Positions 9,127 to 18,121 of a stretch of 64,000 nucleotides of DNA are shown here, in pieces (the stretch's first letter is position 1; the number at the start of each line of letters is the position of its first letter). The translations under genes were made by a program, and so were the position numbers. Where the stretch lies: IMG/VR virus record IMGVR_UViG_3300032053_000008; one strand, written 5' to 3'. The notes under the pieces were generated by a model that made no database searches, had not been told where the DNA came from, and saw nothing but the letters and a program-made list of their open reading frames with translations. The DNA is from a virus.

Positions 9127-9156
9127 CGTTTAGGTAAGCAGCAATAAGGGGGATAT

Positions 9157-9396
9157 ATGAGTTTTGAAAGAATGATTAGGGAACTAGAAATGCAGCGCGA
9201 ATTTGGCGATGCATGCCTGACAGATCCGGACCAGATCGTTGCTGCGCTTATGGCTGGACGGGCTATGAGGAGCTATATAAAATTGGGTACTACCGTTAAT
9301 GGGATGACATTACTTGGACATATTCCTACTGAAATGGCTCATGAAATTGTCTATACTTTGGAAGCTTGGGACAAATCTGTAAAGGAACAAAAATGA
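9157..9396 (+). CDS. hypothetical protein
   Basis: AAGGGGGA RBS; first gene after the sigma-28 promoter. Confidence 0.75.
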   Translation: MSFERMIRELEMQREFGDACLTDPDQIVAALMAGRAMRSYIKLGTTVNGMTLLGHIPTEMAHEIVYTLEAWDKSVKEQK

Positions 9397-9770
9397 AGTT
9401 TTTATTGATTTTATTGGTTTTTTTTGCACTAGAAGCTCAGGCTAAAGTAACTGAACTTACTTTAGACCTTAAACGTATGCCATTTAACCTTGACTATTTA
9501 TTTCCAGACCAAACTGATTGGGACTATGAAACACGTCTAAACTTTAGCGGTGAAATTGGCATTTTTTTTATGGACAACAAGGTTACCGGTCGTACATATG
9601 ACAACCGATACCACTACGTGTCTTGGGGTTTTGATATGGGTTTTCGCGTCACCGATTGGTTAGATGTGGTTCATACTCATCTTAGCCAGCACGCTATAGA
9701 TATTTACCGTGAAAAGTTTCCAGTTACTGATAGTTATGGTGCTAGACTTAACTTCTTAGACAAAAAGTGA
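9393..9770 (+). CDS. secreted protein, possible small outer-membrane beta-barrel
   Basis: Signal peptide MKFLLILLVFFALEAQA; amphipathic aromatic-rich beta-strands; ends YGARLNF..K. Confidence 0.6.
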   Translation: MKFLLILLVFFALEAQAKVTELTLDLKRMPFNLDYLFPDQTDWDYETRLNFSGEIGIFFMDNKVTGRTYDNRYHYVSWGFDMGFRVTDWLDVVHTHLSQHAIDIYREKFPVTDSYGARLNFLDKK

Positions 9771-9777
9771 GACAAAA

Positions 9778-9966
9778 ATGATTAAAAAGTTGCGCAATCG
9801 TTTTCCTGATGCCACGTTTGAAGTAGCTTTTACAAATGAACTGGTAGTTACCTACAAAAACGCAAGTCTTATTGTTGACAAAACATGGGGACTTAACGAA
9901 AGTATCAAAGAAATCAACGACTTTATACGTGACATTAACATAGAACTGGAGCAAAAACATGGCTAA
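9778..9966 (+). CDS. hypothetical protein
   Basis: 62-aa ORF filling the gap within the operon. Confidence 0.6.
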   Translation: MIKKLRNRFPDATFEVAFTNELVVTYKNASLIVDKTWGLNESIKEINDFIRDINIELEQKHG

Positions 9967-10657
9967 GAAACCTAGCAAACCTTTACCTAAACTAAAGAAA
10001 AAACCAATAAAATCAAAAACTAAGAAAAAAAAGCCAACGGTAAAAGCCAAGAAAAAAGCTTTAAGTGATTTTATTGACAACATGGAAAAATTTGATATTG
10101 GTTTTGATCTTGACGAAGATGTTTGGACATTTGAACCCACTTTAAAGGCAACAAACAACACTCAAACAGTTAATTATAAACCAGTTTCCGGAGAAACTTT
10201 ATTGAAGTGTGAAAACGTAACAATCACACCAAGCTTAAACTCTGATATAATGTCTGCTGCTTTGTCTATTCCATATAGTTATAAGATTGTTATGACCGAA
10301 GTTCCTGAAAACCTTAACGATAAATCCGACAACAAAGACAAATGGACAAAAAATGCTCCTAACCATGAATGTTTAATAATACACGATGAAATCATTTTAG
10401 ATCTTAAATACTATACCGACGGCAATGACAGGAAAATTGTCGGAGATATAGTACCAGCTAATGGATATAACCCAGGCCAGATATCCTTGGAATCAGTTAA
10501 CAAAGGAGAATCTAAGCTGGTGTACACAAATCATGACCGTGTTGTGTCTATGCCAATTTGCGATGGTTATGATTTGTACCTTTTAATGAAATATTGGTTT
10601 GAAACCGCTGAAACCGACCACTTAGCTGAAACTGTTATTTACCAAAGGACCAAATAA
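9959..10657 (+). CDS. hypothetical protein with Lys-rich N-terminus
   Basis: MAKKPSKPLPKLKKKPIKSKTKKKK...; GGAG RBS. Confidence 0.7.
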   Translation: MAKKPSKPLPKLKKKPIKSKTKKKKPTVKAKKKALSDFIDNMEKFDIGFDLDEDVWTFEPTLKATNNTQTVNYKPVSGETLLKCENVTITPSLNSDIMSAALSIPYSYKIVMTEVPENLNDKSDNKDKWTKNAPNHECLIIHDEIILDLKYYTDGNDRKIVGDIVPANGYNPGQISLESVNKGESKLVYTNHDRVVSMPICDGYDLYLLMKYWFETAETDHLAETVIYQRTK

Positions 10658-10992
10658 TGGACCAAGGTAAAAAAATACACTACACCAAAACAGGCAGATA
10701 CGCTCCTATTAACAAAGCTTTTGACAAGCCCGTTCTTAGAAAATTCTGTAAAACTCATGGTCATACACCCTGGATAATAGGGTGGTATAGGCACCCCGGT
10801 GTGTGTATGTTTTATGTGGCAAATACCGGAATGTGTGGGTGCAGCGAAATTGGACACATAATGTCTGGCATCCCAGAAGACTATCCAATAAAATACCCAG
10901 AAAAGCCTTGTCATAATGGGATACAAATGATGTATTATTGCGTGAAGTGTATTAAGGCTGGTGGATATGGCCCAATAGGAGCTGATGAATGA
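10657..10992 (+). CDS. Cys/His-rich hypothetical protein
   Basis: AAGGA RBS; CxxH, CxC and CxxC motifs. Confidence 0.65.
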   Translation: MDQGKKIHYTKTGRYAPINKAFDKPVLRKFCKTHGHTPWIIGWYRHPGVCMFYVANTGMCGCSEIGHIMSGIPEDYPIKYPEKPCHNGIQMMYYCVKCIKAGGYGPIGADE

Positions 10993-11852
10993 TCAAAGCA
11001 CAAATCGTATTAGACAGTATTGGTCACCATGGTATCCGTTTGACCACTATGGCTCTGGAATACCCACGCTACATCCACGCTGAATTAATGACACACAGGC
11101 AGTTTAGCAGAAATGCCAGTAGTTCTAGGGCTATACCTGTATCAAAGATGATTGAAAAAGCTAAAAGCGAAATGGTTATACCTGATTATTGGGGTAAAAA
11201 CCAAAAAGGAATGCAAGCTAGTGAACAGTTAGACCACGGTCTCAGGATTGAGGCCACTAGGGTGTGGGTAGCTCAAGCGGAATCGGCTATTAAGGCTGCT
11301 GCAGACTTGTCTAACCTTGGCGTACACAAACAAATTGCTAATAGGGTCTTAGAGCCTTTTACGACTATCACGGTGCTAGTTACTGGTACTAAGGATGCCT
11401 ATAGTAACTTTTTTGCTTTGCGGAACCACAAAGATGCTCAGCCAGAAATCAAAGGTTTAGCTGAAGTGATGTTGAATGCATACAAGGCCAGTATACCTGG
11501 TATACTTAGTGTAGGCGATTGGCACATGCCTTATATTACCTTGGAAGACACCCAATCTTTGGTTGACCTGGACTACGGTTCTTTGCTAGAGATATTGCTT
11601 AAGGTGTCCGCTGCTCGGTGCGCTCGGGTTAGCTACTTGACACATGACAAAAAAAGTCCAGATATGGTACAGGACTTAGATCTTTACGCTAAGTTGGTTG
11701 GAGGTAAGCCGATCCACGCAAGTCCCCTAGAACACCAAGCTGAATTGATGTCTAGTGCTAGTTATCAGTCAGCTAACTTTAAGGGATGGAAACAATACCG
11801 GCAAACCATGCCTAACCAATACATTACCGACTATTTTGAGCAAGCTGAATGA
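10989..11852 (+). CDS. thyX: FAD-dependent thymidylate synthase
   Basis: ELMTHRQFSRNASSSRA ThyX motif; HKQIANR.LEPF, LR.H..AQPEI, SAARCARVSY and HASPLEHQA. Confidence 0.92.
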   Translation: MIKAQIVLDSIGHHGIRLTTMALEYPRYIHAELMTHRQFSRNASSSRAIPVSKMIEKAKSEMVIPDYWGKNQKGMQASEQLDHGLRIEATRVWVAQAESAIKAAADLSNLGVHKQIANRVLEPFTTITVLVTGTKDAYSNFFALRNHKDAQPEIKGLAEVMLNAYKASIPGILSVGDWHMPYITLEDTQSLVDLDYGSLLEILLKVSAARCARVSYLTHDKKSPDMVQDLDLYAKLVGGKPIHASPLEHQAELMSSASYQSANFKGWKQYRQTMPNQYITDYFEQAE

Positions 11853-12052
11853 CTAAACGTTATTTGTTAACTTTCTTGGATTTTTGTATATTTGCTTTAT
11901 TTTTTGGTGGATTGTGGTATGTTCAAGTTGAAACAATTGACTGGTTTTATGATCTAGATTATGGGTTATATTTGATTGTGTTTTTACAATTTATGGCTAT
12001 TTTTTTTGTGTCTTGTAGTTTAGCAAAATACATTGAATGGAGAGAAAAATGA
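11849..12052 (+). CDS. small two-TM membrane protein
   Basis: Two hydrophobic helices; ATGA overlap. Confidence 0.65.
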   Translation: MTKRYLLTFLDFCIFALFFGGLWYVQVETIDWFYDLDYGLYLIVFLQFMAIFFVSCSLAKYIEWREK

Positions 12053-12492
12053 AAAAAACTCTTTTTTTTATAACATCTTGTTTTTTATGGTCTTATTGTA
12101 TACTTTTAGTTTTTTTATTAAAAGTGCAAATAACTGAAAAAGCAGAAACAATACAATATTCAACCCTTTTGTTTGGTGGAATAGTTTTACATTGTTTATG
12201 CTTGACTACTATTGAGCTAATTAAGAATCCAAAAAAGTACTATCGCAGACTGTTTAGTCAACGTGTAAACATTTACCGTATGAGTGCTTTGTTTTTTGGA
12301 TGTCATTTAGGTGGAACAAAAGATGATCTTATGGTGGAGATTTTTCTAGGTAAGCGTAGTGTAATTATTGATTTATCTTTGCCTAGTCATCGAAATTGGG
12401 TAGATAAAAAGGACGAAGAAATCGATGAATATCTGATAAAAGAATTTATCAATGAGACTAAAGTTTCTGACCAAAATGCCGATAAGGTTTAA
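12049..12492 (+). CDS. membrane protein
   Basis: Two N-terminal TM segments; start at ATG 12049 after a GGAGA RBS. Confidence 0.65.
   Translation: MKKTLFFITSCFLWSYCILLVFLLKVQITEKAETIQYSTLLFGGIVLHCLCLTTIELIKNPKKYYRRLFSQRVNIYRMSALFFGCHLGGTKDDLMVEIFLGKRSVIIDLSLPSHRNWVDKKDEEIDEYLIKEFINETKVSDQNADKV
12459..12485 (+). promoter_or_regulatory. sigma-28-type promoter facing antisense into structural genes
   Basis: Perfect TAAAGTTT-N11-GCCGATAA with no plus-strand gene downstream. Confidence 0.75.
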
Positions 12493-12527
12493 GTAACTGC
12501 CAGTAGCCTACCATAATGGCCTGCCAA

Positions 12528-12995
12528 TTACCCGCCGTAAGATACCCACATACCTGTGAAACTCACACTGGCCTGTAGCGTTTGCCTAGCCTGGAACGCT
12601 ACCTGCCAGCTCGTCACTTTGCAAAACTCTATACTAAGTAACAATTCACCTGTTTGGCGGTCATAAAAACGGAAATGACAATACCGGCTTGGGGCTTGCT
12701 GAGGATAGCTGTTGGTTTCAGATTGACTATCTACCGTTGGAGCCACTAAACCCATACGGATAGGGTCAGTGCCTTTGAGCATAAATAGGTTCATAGAGCC
12801 TTGGACCATACTCTGACCAGCTGCCAGGGCAATCTCTTGGGGGAATACCGAGTCAACGCCCATGATGTTTTGGGCACCAAGCGACTGGCTGAAGTTCAGG
12901 CCGCTGGCGTAGCCAATGGTTCTTTCAACTGCTTCACCAGATTCGTAAGCTATGGCCAACCTGACGCTAGCGCCAGTATATAACATAGTTTGCAT
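12528..12995 (-). CDS. tail tube-like protein (second paralogue / tube initiator)
   Basis: YTGASVRL..IGYASGLNFSQ...G...PQEI pattern resembles 47736..48209; follows the wedge gene. Confidence 0.6.
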   Translation of the reverse strand: MQTMLYTGASVRLAIAYESGEAVERTIGYASGLNFSQSLGAQNIMGVDSVFPQEIALAAGQSMVQGSMNLFMLKGTDPIRMGLVAPTVDSQSETNSYPQQAPSRYCHFRFYDRQTGELLLSIEFCKVTSWQVAFQARQTLQASVSFTGMWVSYGG

Positions 12996-15679
12996 TAAAT
13001 TTGTGCCTCAAAAAACGTGTCTGCCCCGTAAATATATACAGCTTCACTGGTAGGCGGATCTAAAACCGAGTCACTGCCTCCCTGATTTCCCCAACCTTGA
13101 TCTCCTGGATAAATAATCTTGATTTCCATTTTGATACCAAGGGCCGTAATAGCTGAAATAACTTCCTGAGCATATATGCGCCCTTGAGCGGTGCCGGTCA
13201 CGAATAATGGAAAATCTTTACCGTCTTCACTAGGAGTGTAGGCATCAGCCGAACTTAGCTGGGTGATGTCTGATCCGGCTTGGTGGTTTTTGGTGTATTG
13301 ATTGCTTGGGTCCAGAAGCACGATAGACCTGGCTCCATCTACCACACCAATAGCATAGCCTTGGCTGGCCGACAATATCGCTGGAGTGCCAGATTGACAT
13401 ACAAAAATGGTTGGCGATGGAGTGCTAACCACTTGGTAAGTTCCATCCATTGCGGTAAGGGTACCGCTAATAATGACTTGACTGTTCACTAGCAATCCGT
13501 GCGGCCCAATGGTATTAACCGTGATCAAAAAACCGTTTTGGCTGATAGACAAAATAGGCACACTGGGCGGACTGTTGAGCGGCTGGACAGCTATGTACCT
13601 AAACGGACCCTCTTCATTGTCCTGGTCAAGGTTTAGCATAAACAAACCAGACTCATTAGGTAATGTGCCGTTTATTTGGATATTAGTTAGTGTTGCACCG
13701 GCTAGTATTGGCTCTCTGGTGTAAGCGTAATGGGTAGTAAGAGTGTAATTGTCTTGGGCATCTGTGGCATAAGGTCCTGGCCATTGGTCTGCTGGATTTT
13801 GGCTATCTGTATCGATAATATTTACCGTAATAGAACAAGTGTCGTCTGTGACTCTGGTGCCAAATGGGTCAATATATGATTTAATTAAATGAGGCTCTGT
13901 ACACACAACAGTAGTGGTAAATTGTTCTCTATGGACCGAGTTTATAGCTATTGACCGAACTGGGGTACTAAAGGTTGCTGTACCTCCTATAGCGGTCATA
14001 TCATAGCCATTTTGCCTGAAACTAAAAGCATAGTCACTAATAACTACAATCTTTTGGTTCCATTCAGCAGTAGTTAAGTCGTTATATACCCACTGACCTT
14101 GCTGGAGTGTGGTGATCGTAAATGGTGTGCCGCCTTCGTTAGCGTCTGGGGTACGTGGGCCAGCAACAAGGTCTGTAGCTGTTACCGTGTCTGATGCTAT
14201 AGTAGTAGACCACCAACCGGCTGAGTTAATCACGGCCTGAACTGCACTAGCCACAACGTTAGCCGGGCTACCAGACACTATTTCAATTTGACTGTATTGG
14301 TTAGCTATAAGTAACATAGCTGCTGGAGGGGTCATGGTTGTGTTGTCTACATCTACCCAAAACCCGTAATAACCGTATTCATATGGGATAAAGAAAAAAG
14401 TGTCTTGAAGTGATCCGCCAACATCAGCTACGCACAAAACTTCAGTTACTTCATGACCTAATGCCGTATTAAAACCAGGCGAAGAGTTACCGGCACTTAC
14501 GTCAAAAGTAAGGCTAGATTGACCAACGTGCATATATGCACCGCCGGGCAGTTCCCTAGAGATAATGCTGGTAGTAGCTGGCAAATAGATTTTTAGGTAG
14601 TCGCCAGGTTCATAAGCTAAAGCGTATCGAGTTTTGTTGTTTGGTACGTTTTTCTTAGGAAGCATAAACATAACGTCAAAATTGGTAGCTTGGATCAAGG
14701 TATAGCTATAATAAGTTGGAGGGGCATTAGGTGGTGGGCTGGCTCCAGCCTGGACCGCGCTAAGTCCACCAGTTTCTTCTACAACAATTTCAAAGTAACC
14801 TGCATCAAGGTTAGGTGCATTTGTTGCAGGTAAAACGTTAACTATGTCATAGGTACCTGAAAAGCCGTTTTGTTCCCACATTGCACCATACATCATAACC
14901 TTGTCGCCAGGTTTAACTGACTCCAAAGCTGGTTTAGTATTACCAGACCATCTAAAGCGCAACACGCTACCAGATGGACGGGTTACCTGCCAAGCGGTAT
15001 CGGGCATAGCTAGTGATGTCGGTCTTATTTGAGGGAATTGTAAATGGGTTTGAGCTTTACCGCCAAGTATGGTGACAGTAGAATAAGGACCTTTAGCTCC
15101 ACCAAAAACTCTAACATATTCTTTTTTGTTGACCAAGTCATAGTCTACATCAGCGTAACCATTTAGGTTTAAGCTATTAATATAACGGGTTATAACGTCA
15201 GCCACTTCTGAAGCAGTAGCCGCAGCAATACTAGCAAAATCACTAGAATAAAAAACCACACTACGAGTAATGCCATCTTCTAAACTAAACAACAGGTCGT
15301 CGCCATCTTCCAGATTAAAAGGGCCAAATAGTGTGGAAGTTGTAAAAGCTCTAACAGCTGCCGGGCCATAAAAGATTTCTAATACAGATTGGATAACCTC
15401 AACAATTTGCTTTTGAGCTGTGATCTTAATACCAAGGCGACGAAAAGCTAGATCACTCATACCAAGTTCTGGTGGACGGGTTATACCTTTTTCGCTTAAG
15501 CGTTTGTCTAAGTATGGGCCAATAGCAGTTGATATGGTTAACTGGTCAGTTACCGATATACTAAGATTTTCTTGTTTTTGGGCTTCATCGGCCAAAGCGG
15601 ACACTAAAGCATCTGAATTAGTCCCAGTGATAAAGGGGGCTATATAGCGTCTGATGTCTATTTCTTTGTTTACACTCAC
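12995..15679 (-). CDS. baseplate wedge protein
   Basis: N-terminal A.G.YLD....GI.RP..MSD..FR motif typical of wedge (gpI-like) proteins; 894 aa. Confidence 0.7.
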   Translation of the reverse strand: MSVNKEIDIRRYIAPFITGTNSDALVSALADEAQKQENLSISVTDQLTISTAIGPYLDKRLSEKGITRPPELGMSDLAFRRLGIKITAQKQIVEVIQSVLEIFYGPAAVRAFTTSTLFGPFNLEDGDDLLFSLEDGITRSVVFYSSDFASIAAATASEVADVITRYINSLNLNGYADVDYDLVNKKEYVRVFGGAKGPYSTVTILGGKAQTHLQFPQIRPTSLAMPDTAWQVTRPSGSVLRFRWSGNTKPALESVKPGDKVMMYGAMWEQNGFSGTYDIVNVLPATNAPNLDAGYFEIVVEETGGLSAVQAGASPPPNAPPTYYSYTLIQATNFDVMFMLPKKNVPNNKTRYALAYEPGDYLKIYLPATTSIISRELPGGAYMHVGQSSLTFDVSAGNSSPGFNTALGHEVTEVLCVADVGGSLQDTFFFIPYEYGYYGFWVDVDNTTMTPPAAMLLIANQYSQIEIVSGSPANVVASAVQAVINSAGWWSTTIASDTVTATDLVAGPRTPDANEGGTPFTITTLQQGQWVYNDLTTAEWNQKIVVISDYAFSFRQNGYDMTAIGGTATFSTPVRSIAINSVHREQFTTTVVCTEPHLIKSYIDPFGTRVTDDTCSITVNIIDTDSQNPADQWPGPYATDAQDNYTLTTHYAYTREPILAGATLTNIQINGTLPNESGLFMLNLDQDNEEGPFRYIAVQPLNSPPSVPILSISQNGFLITVNTIGPHGLLVNSQVIISGTLTAMDGTYQVVSTPSPTIFVCQSGTPAILSASQGYAIGVVDGARSIVLLDPSNQYTKNHQAGSDITQLSSADAYTPSEDGKDFPLFVTGTAQGRIYAQEVISAITALGIKMEIKIIYPGDQGWGNQGGSDSVLDPPTSEAVYIYGADTFFEAQI

Positions 15680-15688
15680 GAAATTACC

Positions 15689-15922
15689 TTAGTGTTTTGA
15701 ATTTGAAACACACTTAACGCATTTTTCAAAAAGATACATTGTATTATGAGATACAAATTGATTAGAAAAAGATTGTGTCCATTGTGCCCCGCAACACCTA
15801 CAGCCGCACTTTATGTCAACAGGGAAAATGGCCTGGATCATTGTGCCAATACCTATGTTTCTGTCAGTCAGTATTGTCTGTTGTTTTGGTGGGTTGAGTA
15901 TTGTCAGTAGTTTTTTTAACAT
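15689..15922 (-). CDS. small Cys-rich (Zn-ribbon-like) protein
   Basis: CGCRCC...CVKC; start uncertain. Confidence 0.5.
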   Translation of the reverse strand: MLKKLLTILNPPKQQTILTDRNIGIGTMIQAIFPVDIKCGCRCCGAQWTQSFSNQFVSHNTMYLFEKCVKCVSNSKH

Positions 15923-16015
15923 TATAGCAATACCCGCAAGAACATTTAAGCCAGCCAAGATTAGCTAACCTGGTTTCTGGGTGGTAGATCATCCACGTGG
16001 AGCACTTAGGACATA

Positions 16016-16288
16016 TCACTTGAGGTCATCGTTTCTAACTACCCTCAGTCCTTTTGGTTTTTTTGTGTCTGGTGGTTGAATTTTATCTAAGCGAGCATTT
16101 AAGGCCAACATTCCACCTGAAATAATTGTATCCCAAGTACGCACCATGTCAACCTCTTTATTATAAACAGCTTCTACTCTGGCGTGGATCTCTTGAAATG
16201 ATCTTAGCCCCTCTTGACTTAGCTTGAGGTTTACACTATATCCACTTGTTGGCTGTTTGTCTTTTTTCTTGAACCAATTCCAAAACAT
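16016..16288 (-). CDS. hypothetical protein
   Basis: ATG 16288 (MFWNWF) after a GGAGG RBS. Confidence 0.7.
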   Translation of the reverse strand: MFWNWFKKKDKQPTSGYSVNLKLSQEGLRSFQEIHARVEAVYNKEVDMVRTWDTIISGGMLALNARLDKIQPPDTKKPKGLRVVRNDDLK

Positions 16289-16303
16289 ACGGTCCCTCCA
16301 AAG

Positions 16304-16333
16304 AAAAAGCCTCCCTAAGAAGATTAGGGAGGC
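16304..16333 (-). terminator. intrinsic terminator-like hairpin
   Basis: 10-bp stem gcctccctaa/ttagggaggc with a U-run on the minus strand. Confidence 0.7.
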
Positions 16334-16362
16334 AAAAGTAAGCACACGTCTGGGGGTATGTA

Positions 16363-16590
16363 TCAGTCTTTTCTTAAAGGTAAGTTCGTGATTCTTTTAG
16401 TAATTTTGTCAGAATCTCTTATTTCTTCAAACTGTTTAGTTTGCCCACAATAAGTACACTTGAAGTAGGTGAAATGAAAGAGGTATTCCTCTTCCCAGTG
16501 GTGGGTGCACCAACTGGACTTTTCTTCACTGTAGTCACCTTCACTACCAAAACCTAAAGAACCTGTACCCCACCACATATTAGACCTCAA
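16363..16590 (-). CDS. small Zn-binding hypothetical protein
   Basis: CTHHW...CTYCG motif. Confidence 0.6.
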   Translation of the reverse strand: MRSNMWWGTGSLGFGSEGDYSEEKSSWCTHHWEEEYLFHFTYFKCTYCGQTKQFEEIRDSDKITKRITNLPLRKD

Positions 16591-17300
16591 TTGCTTGATT
16601 TTGCTTGAGTTGTCTCTTCTTTAATTTTTTCCAGCTTGGCAATCCGGTGTTCTTCCTGCATGTCAAACATGCTACGGACATAAGCATCAGTTTCTTGAGC
16701 ACCAACTCCACTATTATTTTTCATAGCCTTGAGGGTAGAGCCATTACTGCCACCGTTATAAGCCGCAGATGCTTTTGCTAAATTCCCATTATAAGTGGCC
16801 GCTAGGCCCTTAAAGTGGGTATACCCCAAAAGGATATTGATTTCTGAGTCAAAAAGATCGTCAGAAGTCAATTTACCCATTTTAAGATTGTCAGCTTCAG
16901 CTTGAGCAGTGGCTGGCATCATTTGAGCGATACCTTTAGCTCCAGCAGTGGAAGTTAAATTAGTTCGGTATTGGCTTTCCTGGCACATCAAAAAGATAAA
17001 AGCTTCTTGTGTGCGGCGGTCTCCACCAATACTACCAAGAATACGGTCAATCTGGCGTGACAACATAGCTTTTTTAACTTCACTGAGTCCATTGTTTTTG
17101 CTGCCGGTACATTTTGGTGTGTTCATCATCCATATAGTCACTTCTGCCAAGGTTTCTTCTGGGAGTTTTTCCTCTATAACAACTGTGGGTGCAACAACAA
17201 CACTTTTTTTGTTTATGTCATAGCTATAAATGGCAAACGCTAATAACAGCGGCGATAAAGCCATGGCAGCTTTAAAAAGATTTTTAGTAGAAAGAAACAT
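16587..17300 (-). CDS. soluble lytic transglycosylase (SLT) with N-terminal membrane anchor
   Basis: CQESQY (catalytic Glu), GAKGIAQMMPATA, AAYNGG, ET..YV; start ATG 17300 after an AGGAGA RBS. Confidence 0.9.
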   Translation of the reverse strand: MFLSTKNLFKAAMALSPLLLAFAIYSYDINKKSVVVAPTVVIEEKLPEETLAEVTIWMMNTPKCTGSKNNGLSEVKKAMLSRQIDRILGSIGGDRRTQEAFIFLMCQESQYRTNLTSTAGAKGIAQMMPATAQAEADNLKMGKLTSDDLFDSEINILLGYTHFKGLAATYNGNLAKASAAYNGGSNGSTLKAMKNNSGVGAQETDAYVRSMFDMQEEHRIAKLEKIKEETTQAKSSN

Positions 17301-17330
17301 AACGGTATCTCCTAAATTGTTTCTAAAGCG

Positions 17331-17359
17331 ACTATGCCCCAAAATGGGTCCAAAGTCAA
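17331..17359 (-). promoter_or_regulatory. sigma-70-like promoter for the SLT operon
   Basis: TTGACT-N17-CATAGT. Confidence 0.5.
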
Positions 17360-17363
17360 TGTT

Positions 17364-17540
17364 TCAGCTCAGAAGCTTGTCCATACAAACGTAACCTATT
17401 GCAAGTATTGCCCCAACTACACTAGATCCAATCAGCTCATAAAAGTAATAAAACCGACCTTTTTTAGTTACAAACAAAAAACGTACCCAATATACCAAGA
17501 ACACTAGACTAGTAAACATTCCCCAGGCTGCTATAAACAT
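17364..17540 (-). CDS. 58-aa two-TM membrane protein (below ORF-track cutoff)
   Basis: MFIAAWGMFTSLVFLVYWVRFLFVTKKGRFYYFYELIGSSVVGAILAIGYVCMDKLLS*; GGAG RBS. Confidence 0.6.
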   Translation of the reverse strand: MFIAAWGMFTSLVFLVYWVRFLFVTKKGRFYYFYELIGSSVVGAILAIGYVCMDKLLS

Positions 17541-17677
17541 TATTTCTTACTCCAATCTTTAACTTTACCAGACAACATTAGGCCAATAATTGGCCAGCAC
17601 AACATAACCGACAACGAAAAAGCCAATAAAACTGTTTCTAGTGTCTTTTTGGTCTCCTTGCGTTACTTACTTAAACC

Positions 17678-17704
17678 TTATCGGCTTTTTTTGCCAAAAC
17701 TTTA
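17678..17704 (-). promoter_or_regulatory. sigma-28-type promoter
   Basis: Perfect TAAAGTTT-N11-GCCGATAA directly after a terminator. Confidence 0.85.
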
Positions 17705-17706
17705 GT

Positions 17707-17738
17707 AAAAAAATAACCCAAGCAAAGGCATGGGTTAC
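17707..17738 (-). terminator. intrinsic terminator ending the baseplate operon
   Basis: taaccca/tgggtta stem followed by U7 on the minus strand. Confidence 0.75.
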
Positions 17739-17761
17739 CGTAAAAGAAAAATTCTATAAAC

Positions 17762-18112
17762 CTAAGCCTTAAAACCATCCGCGAGGGCTTGCTCTAAGTC
17801 TTTTTGAGTAAAGGACATTTCATGGCGGTCAATGCCTTTAGCCATATAAAACTTGCGTAATCCGTGCCTTATATAACCAGATGTTGTATCATCCAATATT
17901 TTGTTTGCATAAACCAGCAAATTAGGGTTGTGCCGAAGCATTTCAGTCATAAAAAAGTCTGGGTAAGCCAGTGGCTTAGGACCATCATCCAAAGACAAAA
18001 GATCCATTTCAAGTTTGTGATCTTCCATAAGCTTTTCAGTCATTTCAGATACTTGTTGATCTGTAGCTACAACAGCTTTGTCTTTTTTTTTGCGAGACTT
18101 TTTGTCTGCCAT
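17762..18112 (-). CDS. hypothetical protein
   Basis: AAGGAG RBS; MADKKSRKKK... Confidence 0.7.
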   Translation of the reverse strand: MADKKSRKKKDKAVVATDQQVSEMTEKLMEDHKLEMDLLSLDDGPKPLAYPDFFMTEMLRHNPNLLVYANKILDDTTSGYIRHGLRKFYMAKGIDRHEMSFTQKDLEQALADGFKA

Positions 18113-18121
18113 ATACACTCC

